64,000 nucleotides of DNA. It comes from Asterias rubens. Taxonomy: Eukaryota. The notes under the pieces were generated by a model that searched no databases, was not told the DNA's origin, and worked only from the letters and a program-made list of their open reading frames with translations. Below, one piece after another: positions 25,701-37,700 of this stretch (position 1 is its first letter; each line of letters begins with the position of its first letter). The stretch lies in assembly GCF_902459465.1 (NCBI RefSeq), contig NC_047062.1, positions 31,434,001 through 31,498,000 of the forward strand. Direction: 5' to 3'. Both the position numbers and the translations under genes were made by a program.

Positions 25701-28700
25701 GTACTACAAAAAACGCATGACTCAGGCATGACAGAAGCGGGAGACCGCCAACATAGGGCTTGATAGCTCAGTTGGTAGCAGCACGTTAAACTGGAGGTTG
25801 TTGGTTCAAATTACGCACTAGTTAATTTGTCTTTGTTTAACTTTACCAAGTCAGTTTCCCTTGTGGTTTATAACTCCAAGTTATTTTATGAAAAAGTGAC
25901 ATCCTTTGTTAAATTTTTAAATGCAAGTTACCTTAAAACCTTACTTATCCAATACGTTTCATACCTTCTCTAACAAAAAATATAAAAAAATACCAGTTGA
26001 TCGTCCAGGTTTTTCAAAAAAGAGGAGGATGAGGGCCTTACTATTTACTATTAACTATTTTTTTCAAGATGGCCGCTTAGTATTTTAAATCAAACAGGCC
26101 ACCAATTTGTTGCATGAGGACCTGTGTTAACACTATTAAACAGGGTCGGATTACACGAAAAAAATTCGCTGGTGTAGGGTTCGCTTATAATGTTTATGAA
26201 ACAGATGGTTACACGTGATAAATAAAATAAAAAAATAAAAATGAATAACAAGTAGTAAAAAAAGGATGCGGCCCCCCAAAAAGATGCGGGCGGGGACGAT
26301 CAACTGGTATTTTTTTTTATTTGGCCTTATTTGTTGAACCAGTGCAGCATTTTACAGCAGTTTCAGTGCTCCAAATCCAGGAGGGACCTCCTCTGTTTGT
26401 AACACCCATTTGTACAAAGTATTTATAGTTTTGTTTATTTACTTGTAATCAATATTCCTGTAATTTTATTATTGTACAAATGGAAATAAAACAGACGAAC
26501 AAATAAGTGACTTTCTTCACATTTGTACAGGAATTTCCGTCGGCAATGGATCATAGCTAAGTACATCCGTCGTGAGTTTTCATCTCCAGACAATCTCCCC
26601 AATTATACCCTTGGTAAAAAATGCGGGTATTTGTGGAAACGTGGACGAGATGGCGGTCTGTTCTTGAGACGTTGGTTTGTATTGGACTCCTCCGGAAAAG
26701 GGAAGCTTCGCTACTACACAGACGCAAATGTAAGTGTACAATATGTATATACTTGGTTTGTGGTAACACCATGTGTGTATCTACTGGCCAGGTAGAGTTT
26801 GTTCTTAGAGAACTGTCTTTCTTAAATTACGATCCTATAAGCTAAAGTAGTAGTCCCAGCCAATTTTCTATACCTTCCGCCCGGGTAATAGTTAAAAAAG
26901 CAGGACAGTTCTTTTAAGAACTGAGAAGTCTCCAGAACATCTGATAAATCTACTCCGCGGTAGTACTAAAATAAAGAAAGACAGTTCTCTAAGAACAAAC
27001 TCTACCTGGCAAGTAGATACACACACATGGTGTTACCGCAAACCAAATATATATTGATACCTCACCATGCAATACCTCAAATCCTAATCCTATCTCGAGT
27101 TAGGACGAGGAACTCGTCCTAACTGAGGAGGGGTTCAACTTATGAAACTTAACTCATCCTAAATCTTAAGATTTAATCCTAAGTTAAAGAGTTTGGTGAA
27201 ATCGACGGCTGATTGCATTAATTGTTGTCATTATTTCATCTTCTCCTTTTTGGTTGATTTACAGGAGCAGAATTTGCGTGGTGAGATATCGCTCTTCCAG
27301 ATGAACATGGTACTGGCCTCGGAGGAGAAGATTGGCCATCCCAATGGTCTGCAACTCATCTTCCCTGAGACAAAGGGTCAAAATACTCGGCTGATTTATC
27401 TCTACGCTGAGCTGGCTAAGGTAACTACCAACATTTCCCCCGACGAGCAGGTTGGAAAACTATGGAAAGCCATTATATGCAAATCCAAAAACAGATGGCT
27501 ACTCTTTGTAACATGAATATGTATTTAAGTAGGATTTGCATGGTGGAAAAACGATGGAAAGAAGACGATCAGAGCATACTGTTTGATACGTCAAGTTGAA
27601 ACCAACGGTTCTTTTCAGTACCACCCCAACTCAAGAGATAGTCATTACATGGTGTTACCGCAAACCTTTCCATATAATATGCATAGCTTATGATTATTCA
27701 TGACTGTTTGCAGGATATGGTTAAATGGTACCAAGCTGTCCGATGCCTGAAGTTTAGAATCAAGAAAGAGACACGTGTAGACATTTCTTTTTCAGAATCT
27801 CATCCCTGGTTTTATGTGAGACTTCTCATTAGCATATTAACAACCTTATGAATATGTATTAAGCTTATGTTTATTCATGACTGTTTGCAGGATATGGTTG
27901 AATGGTACCAAGCTGTACGATGCCTCAAGTTTAGAATCAAGAAAGAGACACGTGTAGAAAAAGATGAAGAAATTGTGAGTATTTTCAGTGTTTCGGCTGT
28001 GGTGGGTTTTACTAAAAGGAGAAGTTTTAGCAATGAACTCAAAAAGTTCTGGGCCCAATTTTATAAAGCTGTTTAGCAGAAAAATACTGCTTAACAATTT
28101 TCTTTGCTAAGCAAAAAATGAGTGGGGCACCAGTCACAACAAAGTAAATTGTATGGAATATTGGCTGTTAAACTGTTTTTGCTAAGCAAGATTTTCCGGT
28201 GCTAAGCAGGTTTTTGTGCTTACAGGCTTTATGCAATTGGGCCCTGGTGTTGGTTGGGTCATTGGGTGTCGGTTCACATCCTGGCCATGACATCTGCTGC
28301 CGATTTCATGAAAGGCTAGGATTAATCCTATCTCGAGTTAGGACAAGTAACTCGTCCTATCTAAGGATGGGTTCAATACGTCCTAACGTCTATGGATTGG
28401 GAACTTAACTCGTCCTTAGCCCTAAGATTACTCCTAAGTTAGGAAGAGTTTGGTGAAGTCAACAGAACACTAATAAAGGGCATTGGTACGTTGTTGTAAA
28501 CGGCGCTGTATATAAGAACTATAGTTATTATTATTATCATCAGTATTATTAATATTATTGTTATTATTGTCTGTAGATTTCCCGTATTTTGCGGTATGAC
28601 ATCTTGAAGGAAGGCTACCTTTTGAAAACAGGGGCAAAGGGCAAGGAAGCCTTTCGAAAACGCTGGATGGTTCTGGACCCTCTGTGTCTCATGTACTTCA

Positions 28701-31700
28701 AAGATCCTCTGGTTAGTTCCAATCACTTATTGCTTCTTCTTCTATTTTTGAGTGGTATCTTCAGTCAATGATGTTTCGGCTGATTTGTCTCCAGAGCCGA
28801 ATTTCAAGACTCTGTCTACATTCTGCGCTTACGAGCATGATTCCCCGCTTACGTGCAAGCGCCGAATTGTTGCCAATGTCACATTGAAACTGAAAACTTC
28901 CTTCCTTGTCTTCTCACGATGCCTAGAGCAAGCTAGTCGAAACGTTGAGACAAATTTAAGAACTCACCTCGCTGTATTGCAGTTAATAACGGTCACTAAA
29001 GTTGCAGTCCCAGCCAATTTTTTATAGCTTCCGCCCACGGAGTAGTTAAAAAGCAGGACAGTTCTTTTAAGAACTGAGAAGTCTCACGAACAGTCCTATA
29101 ATTCTGCTCCGTGGTAGTAGAATATAATATAGCAAGACAGTTCTCTGAAGAACAAACTCTACCTTGCAAGTTGATAGACACCTGGGTTACCGCAAACCAA
29201 ATATATACTGATACCTCACCATGCAATGCCTCAAATCCTATGGGTGCGTTTGATCAGAGCCCCCTGACAAGAGCTAATCGAACGATCACACTCGCCCTCT
29301 TGTGGGGACGTCTGAATGCACCTCGGGATAGCCCCAAGTGACCCGTTCCACAAGCAGGGCACTGGGGGCTGACCCGGGTGAGCCTCTGGAATAACGTCTA
29401 AGCTGTATTGGAACGAACGGGGGCAGACCGGGGTCGACACGGGGAAGCTTATCGAACGTACCCTATATTATTTTTGCTGTTACTTAATGATATGTTTTGC
29501 TTACTCCAGAATACATGTAACTGTCGTTTTTCTTTTATGAGAGTACGGAAATAAATGTATTCTTGAATTGAATTGTTACTATTATTATGATGAAAGTTTG
29601 ACCTTTACTCATTTCTTACTTGATCAGGATGCTAATCCCAAGGGTACCATCCCAATGAAAGCGGGTTACTCTCTCATCATGAATGGACAGCTAGACCCTG
29701 AGAATCGTGGTTATCACTTCTTCCTCAAGACACCCGGCCGCACTTATCATTTCATCGCTGAAAATGACCATGAAAGGAAAGCATGGTTTCAAGCCATACA
29801 CTCTGCCTGCAACAAAGCCAGCGGAGGTAAGATTTCTGAAAACGTCACTTCTGTTGTTTTTCCCCCCCAATTTTTCTTCTTCTTTTGGGCCAATTACAGA
29901 CAACCCTTACTTGTAGGGAAGGTATACGTTTGGTACTTACTCTTAAAAGTAAAATGGTTAGAGGCCTACAGCCGCTTTCGATAGTATAAAGCATTTCGAG
30001 AAACGTTTCACTTTGAAGTAATATATGTGGTTATGTAAAAATATGTTTTTATCCCCTGAAATTAAAATTTGAGAAGCACACACTGCGAAAATTTACCACC
30101 TTTTGAATTGAAATTTTCACAGTTTTGTTTAGTGTTTGCATCTACATTCATGTAGGATTAAAACAATTGAATGGTTCCCAAAAGCCAAAGGTATACATCG
30201 TCTTTAATGTGAATCAAGAATATCGTTTCTGGTGAATAATTGTTTTGGTTTTTTTCCCTTCTTTTTCCTGGACAAAACACAGGTCATCATCATAAACCTT
30301 GTGCATCGCCTTCAGCTCCCAGAAAACCCACCATGCAAATACCAGCTGTGCCGCAGCAAGACAAACCCAAAGCAGCACCAAGTAAATTCCTATCCGATCC
30401 CGCGCTGAAGAGCACCCCCATTGTTGACAAAGTGGAGTCGGTGGATAACGATGAAAGTTTGAAACTCTCCTCACCCTTCAGCGGAGTCCGGCCCAGCACG
30501 AGGCCCCGACCCGCAGAGACTCTGAAGGACTACCATCATCGGCAAGGACCGGGACATCACCCGCACGGCCGCTACCAACCCGGGGCGGAGCTGATCAAAC
30601 AGCCTGCCATTGAGGTGATTGAGGATGACTACCTCGAGTTTATTCCGCCCGATTCAGACTCCGAGGAGAGCTCCGAAGAAGACGAAGAGGAAAACACCGA
30701 ACCTCACTACATTGAAATGGAAGGCGAGAGTGTCGTCATGATGCGGACGGTTGATATGATCGGTATGACAACCAAGCAGCTCTCCACGCATCTAAAGGTT
30801 CCCCCGGGGGCGCTATCGCAATCCAACAGTTGCACCATGTGTGTAAGTTTGGTCTGGAACACCTTGCCGACGCTCCCGAATTCGGAGGGATACGTCGCAG
30901 TGTGTCCCGTTGTGAGTTGCTGCAGCATGCCTAGGAATGTGAAGATGATACAGCCATTCCAGCTGGAGGTACAGCATAGTGCCATTCTGAAGGATGTGAA
31001 AACAAGTGCACCTAAAGTCTGGCATCTCGCTAAAGAACCGGGTAAATCTTAAGGACTGTCAAACTATCAATTTGCTCAAATTCCCTTGGTTTTTTTTTTA
31101 TCTGTATATCAAGTAATACGTGCAGTTCGTCGTCCATTGTGTGATTTATGCTACCTGGTGAATTCAGAGCGAGGTGCTTGCGTAAAGAGCCTTGGGACAA
31201 GGCTAGTCTTTGAGTGTCATGGCTAAACAGTCCAGGGCAATGGACTCATAAGTTCTGTTATTTACAGAATATGGGTTCAAATCCTGGCCTGGTCAGTCGC
31301 GACACTTGTGTCCTTGAGCAAGACACTTTGTCATAATTGCTTCTCTTCACCCAGGAGACCAAATAGGTACCAGCAAGAGCTGGGGGAGTAACCTGCAAAG
31401 ACTGTCAATATAGGGCTACATAGCTTAGTTACACCCGGTTCAGACAAGTGCTCCAGAGTCGCGCCGAACCAAATAAATTAGGAGCGACTCTGGGTCGATT
31501 CAATTAAATTTTGGTTTTAGACAGGCGAACTTAACATAACATTTACATTAGGTGCGGCTCATGACAAGATGGACGTCTGAAACCAAGGTGTTCCTGAGTC
31601 ATTCTGAATGTCTGCAACAGTCGATGTTTCGACTTCTAGCTCCTAACTGTTTCAGACGTCAAACTTTTCATGCACTTTTCATTTCAATAATTTAGTTTGG

Positions 31701-34700
31701 CACGACTGTAGAACACCTGTCTGAAACGGTCCTGCCCTAGTTGTTTTGTCTTTGTTCAACGCAAATGTATTAAGGTTTACCCAGTCAGTTTCCCTTGTGG
31801 TTCAATTTTTATTTTATTTTTACTTTTTTAGGAAAGTTCTCCAAGTGGGAGGCAGTTGAGAGTGGTGGATCCAGCCTCTCTTGCAGGGCTACCGATCGTA
31901 ACGTCATCGTCTCAACAACTAAAACTGGCTGTTTCTGCGTCATGTTCCCTCAGGGGAGTGTCCTTGGGAAGATGGTGAGATGTATGACCTATATGTCCAG
32001 AGAGCAGGAGGAAGACCACTTAGTCGTCAGGGTCTACTTCTTTGATGACAATGGTAGTGATGATGCTCTTCATGTAAGTCAGATAATGCATCTATTATAT
32101 CGTTGCGGTACCCACTGCCAAAACATAGGATTCGAACTGCCTCTAGCTGCCGGGCAATCTAGGTAGTCTAGTTGGTAATTAAAGACACTGCTCTAGAATT
32201 GCAAGGGTCATGGGTTCAAATCCCACCCGAGTAAATATGCCTGTGATATTTTTTCAAAGGACTCGGGAAAGTACTGAGTATACAGTGCTAACACACATCG
32301 GTGTATGGGTAAAAACAAAAACAAACAAAATTAATAATGCAAATTTGTTATGATCTGAGGCTTGTACAGTGTCATGGCCGCGGCGTTAAGAGCACTGGGT
32401 TCAAACTCTGGTGTTTCTGATCAGCAGAGTGTGGGTTCGAGTCCCAGGCGTGACACATGTGCCGTTAAGCAAGACACTTAACCATTGCTTCGTTCTTTAC
32501 ATGGGACATGAAGTCAATGGTCCCTCGTGTTGTGTAAAGTACTAAAAAGAACCCAGTGCACTTATCATAAAGAGAAGGGGTTCCCCGGTGTTCCTGGTTT
32601 AATTGGCTGCATATTGCCACAGCAACTTGTAAACCATTACATGGTGCTAAGTAAAAGGAGTAGGTTTCATAGTTCAAATGTTGCCCCACATACATGTACC
32701 TTGCAGGAAAATACTGTTAAAACGCCTAGAGTGTCACTGAGTGATGGATATGCAGACTTTAAGAAGCCACTTATATTAATATTATTGTGCTAGGAGTGAC
32801 ACAACATTATTTGTGTTCAGTGTCCAGTTTGCCAAAACATTCGATACCCGGCACAAAAAACAAAAACAAATTGATTTTGACTGTGGCATTAATTCAGAAC
32901 ATGTATGTACATGTATTTGTTGTTATTGTTGTCTGTGTATAATAATGACAGGTTCTTTTTCTTTGTATTTCAGGAGATCCAGAGACGTGAGAATTCCTAC
33001 AGCGGGCGTCTTTGTGACATTTCAGGCTCGTTCTTCCTGCCCTACTCTCAAGATGACATTCTCTTGAAGCTGACTGACTTTGAAGGAATGCATATGTACT
33101 TGGGCTCTGATGAACCAATGGTAATCATTCTTTCTCCCAAAAATTGTCCATAAAATTGTCGGAAGGCATTCCAAGATCATCAACTGACATCATCACCACC
33201 GAGAAATCTTGATTGCGCTGTTTTTGGAGTCAGTTACTTTGCTTTGCGCAGCTTAAATGATGACAAGCATCCTATCTTTACACGCAAAATTTGCAGTCTG
33301 TAGACAGACAAATGATCCCCAAGAAATACAAAAGAACTAAAATTATGCGAAGTTAACATCTACTAAAACATACACCCGTTTAAGACAGGTGCGTTTGAGT
33401 GGCGCCAAGCCAAGAGCGACTCTAGGTCGACCCAAATAAATTTTTGTTTCAGACGGGCAAACCATTTACATTAGATCAGCTCTTGACAAGATTGACATTT
33501 GAAACCAAGTCACTCCAGAGTAGTTCCGAACGACTGCAACAGTCGATCTTTCGACTTCTAGCGCGCCCAGTAACTCCTAACTGTTTAAGACTTCGAACTT
33601 TTCATACACTTAATTCGGAATTTGGTTCCGCAAGACTCTGGTGTGCCTGTCTGAAATGGGTGTTATCACCCAGATATCACTTACTGTATCATGCAGATAT
33701 AACCAACTATACTACCAAGTTATCACCAACTATAGTGTATATCACCCAGATATTACCAAATCACCCAGATATAACCAACTATCAGACTATACTACTACCA
33801 AGTTATCACCAACTACAGTGTATGTCACCCAGATATTACCAACCATACCACCTAGTTATCACAAACTATATCACCCAGCACGCAGATATAACCAACTATA
33901 CCACCTACATGTAGTTATCACAAACTATATCACCCAGCACACAGATATAACCAACCATACCACCTAGTTATCACAAACTATATCACCCAGCACGCAGATA
34001 TAACCAACTATACCACCAAGTTATCACAAACTATATCACCCAGCACGCAGATATAACCAACCATACCACCAAGTTATCACAAACTATATCACCCAGCACG
34101 CAGATATAACCAACCATACCACCTAGTTATCACAAACTATATCACCCAGCACGCAGATATAACCAACTATACCACCAAGTTATCACAAACTATATCACCC
34201 AGCACGCAGATATAACCAACCATACCACCTAGTTATCACAAACTATATCACCCAGCACGCAGATATAACCAACCATACCACCTAGTTGTCACCAACTACA
34301 TGTATATCACCCAGTTAATACCAACTCACCCAATTATCTCAAATTATATCATGAAATATATCACCCAGATATCACCAAGTTGTCTTCATACCCTTTATGA
34401 TCCTCTGTATTTTACAGAAAGTGAGTGCCCATGAGTTATGGCACAAGCTGTTAATGTGTTACATGCTGGAGGTTGTGAAGACTGACTCTGTTGGTCAGTG
34501 CAGTATCAGTGTCTGGCACCCAACGGAACAAGAGAAACTCACTCAGATGAATCTACACTACTCAAACGAGGTGAGTAATGAGTAATGTATGTCAGATTGT
34601 AAACTTTGCACGGTGGAGATGCAATCTATGGATAAGTTGCAATAACGCCATCTTGGCATGGTTGGCTTGTGCGTAAAGCGCTCGCCTCACACCAAGGTGA

Positions 34701-37700
34701 CCCCGGTTCGATTCCTGGCCGGGGCCATATGTGAGTTGAGTTGTGAGTAACTCTGCTGTGCCACGAGGGTTTTCCAGACCATCTGGTTTTCCTCCCTCGA
34801 GAAAAATCAAGCACTTTTGATCTTGACTGTGCTCCGTGGTCATAATGGGTTAATGTTGCTGGCTGCGAAAGGCGCCCTTACATGCCTGCTTCTCGAACAC
34901 GTTGAAGCCCCCCCCCCCAAATTATAGTTATGAAATTAACAGGCATATTGCATTTTGGCTTGCAGGCGCGTCAAGCCCCTGCTGCTCGCCATTCTAGCGC
35001 AAAACGCATGGCTGTTTGTTCCAAGAAAAACTTGTAAAAACTTGTAGACCCACAGCTACTTTTATATTGAAAATCCCCTACATTTTCATTTAAAGAAGCA
35101 TGACTAAAAACCAGTGAAAAAAACATATGTTCAAAATGGTGCTTGCATCTTTAAAAAAAAGCTTGAACTTTGTGCTTTGTTCACAATATTATTTGGACAC
35201 AAATTACTGCAAGTGTTTGGCTATGAACATAACAGACTCAAAGCTCGTCATTTTGTTAACTGTAATATTAATAATAATAAAACAGTATTTATATAGCGCA
35301 ATATGAATTGGCATTCCTCAACAGCAAAATGAAAAGCATTACAAGAAAACAAAACCTGTAGGCCTAAAATCCCCAATTAAATCCCAAAACAAATAATTAT
35401 AAAATGAGGCCAGACCAGCTGTTACCTACACGTATATTAAATGAAACTGTAGTTTGTAGAATACATGTAAGTTAGGAAAGAACACTTGGGTTGGACCTGA
35501 ACCCATCCCTTCAGTATCTTAGTCCTCTTTGTAAAACAGTCAAGACAATTATTTGGGGTTGCCCTTACACCAATGTATGTTAGCACTGTATACTCAGTGC
35601 TTTCCCGAGTTCTGTGGAAAATATTAGGCATACAACTCGAGTGGGATTCGAACCCATGACCTTTGCCAATCTAGAGCAGACGTCTTACCAACGGAGATTG
35701 CCTGGTAGCTTCTGCCTCTATTTTTAATGAGAAATCCCTTAACATCAAAGGCCGAATGGCCATTGTTGAGGGCTACAATGAATTGATTTTGGCTGTCGAC
35801 CCAAATCAACTGTCACCAGTCAAGGCACATTGCCATTTACTCCTGGGGCTGGAACAGGGTTACCCCCTTCACAGTCTGTAAGAATGTAGGCATGGGTATC
35901 ATCCACTAGGAGCCACCTACTCCTGGGACTGAAACAGGGTTACCCCCTTCACAGTCTGTAAGGATGTAGGCATGGGTATCATCCACTAGGAGCCACCTAC
36001 TCCTGGGGCTGAAACAGGGTTACCCCCTTCACAGTCCCTAAGGATGTAGGCATGGGTATCATCCACTAGGAGCCTGGCTGGGAGAGCAGAATGCACTACC
36101 ATCCCAAAAATTTATGAAGCAAGTATGGTTAAGTGCCTTTCTCGAGGGCATAAATCTCGTTGAAGGGATTTGAACCCACACTCTAATGCTGCCAAAGCTT
36201 TGGTTCGGTACACTAGGCCACATCACGCCAGAAACGCTTTATTTCACTCCAACGTAAATACTTCTACTTAGGGGCCTTTACCCATTTGTATCCTTACTAC
36301 CCACTGATTCTTTCCCGATGATTGTTTAAGTTTATTAAAGTACAGTCCTCGCTAGTGATTTACAGGAGAAGTAGTTCTGCAGTGACCGCTGGTGGGAAGC
36401 CCGTAAAGAGAAACCGTATTCGATCGTAAGTGACCATGCCAGACTGGGTTGCCAAAAGGTATAATAATACGCCATTGGTCGGAGGAAAAAAAATTCCTTT
36501 CGGTCCTGAAGATTTCAACTAACAACGCAGCTTATGAAAATGCTATCCTTTTTTGGCTGGTCCCGTTTTGGTGAAAGACCATCTGGTTGTATATAGTCTC
36601 TGTGTATTATGCCCGTCTATTAATGCGCTTCATACTGTTTGTTCTTAGAGTTTGTTCTTAGAGAACTGTCTGTCTCTATTCTATTACTGTGGTGTAGATT
36701 TATTGGATGTTGGGGAGACTTCTCAGTTCTGAAAAGAACTGTCCTGGTTTTTAACTACTACCCGGGCAGAAGGTATAGAAAATTGGTTGGGACTACTACT
36801 TTAGCTTATAGGATCGTAATTAACTGTACTACCGCGGAGTCAGTTCTTGGGTTGGTCTCAAGGTTTCGACTAGCTTGCTCTAGTCATTGTCAAGAGACTG
36901 CTATGTTGATTCAGAATCTAGAAATGCACGACAAACACTTAATGCAGAGAACTGCTACTTAAAGTACCTGTGTAGTTACTGTTTGAGTGAATACCAGTGT
37001 GCAGGCTTGGTGAACAGCAAAAGTAACAACATGTGGTGTAGCCTTCAGTCAAGGCCTTCTAGCTCGGAAAGCTTCAGAGAGCCATGTTCCCAAGCGGGAG
37101 GTCCCGCACAGAGTGGCAAAGCCAATGGGGCCTCGTACAACTTGTTTGCGGTTTCTTATTATGTTTTTCTTTATAAATCTTGACTTTTGCTACCCTTTTG
37201 GTTGCAAAAAGCCAAACCAATCGGAACAACATTAACAAATTATGCAACACTTTCTGGGAGAACAACATTCGTTCACCTTTGATTCCTTTTTAAATCGTTT
37301 TGGGGTCTGTTGCATTCGTGCTACCTTTTTGATACTTTGTCTGCACAAATCGTCTCGGATGTGGCTGTTGACGCGCAGTCCTACACATGCATTGCTAAAT
37401 TTTGCACTTCTCGAGCAAGATCTTAAATGCTGGGACATCTTTTTTCCGAATGATGTCAAAGTCCTTCCTTCTCTTATACTATTTATAAATGTTTGCACAG
37501 AAAATCAGCGCTGAGTCTTTAAAGAAGAGATTGATAATCGTAAGTGTGGAATATCGTATCTGTAATTGGTAACATGAAGTAGGGACAGTTATATCCAGTA
37601 CATTTTTAGAACAGCTAATTTATAACCTGTTTTTTATAGCAGAGACAATTTGTGCACACTACCCTTAGCAAACTCTAGTCTCAGGTTTTCAGTGCATTTC

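Noticed and set aside
19690-29826. Calling the gene the ADAP1 or ADAP2 orthologue
   Set aside because: It is strongly diverged, lacks the catalytic Arg and has an extra C-terminal module; orthology needs a phylogeny, so no symbol is given.
29827-29984. Read-through of exon 8 as a normal ADAP C-terminus
   Set aside because: A strong donor (G|gtaaga) is followed by T-rich intron-like sequence with no similarity to the ADAP tail. It is not excluded as a minor retained-intron form.
33444-33967. 156-aa and 108-aa Thr/Tyr-rich ORFs
   Set aside because: Made of a MITE plus the 53-bp minisatellite.
36887-37183. 98-aa ORF as an extra exon of the fusion gene
   Set aside because: No pyrimidine-rich acceptor or good donor, and exon 12 already splices in frame to exon 13.
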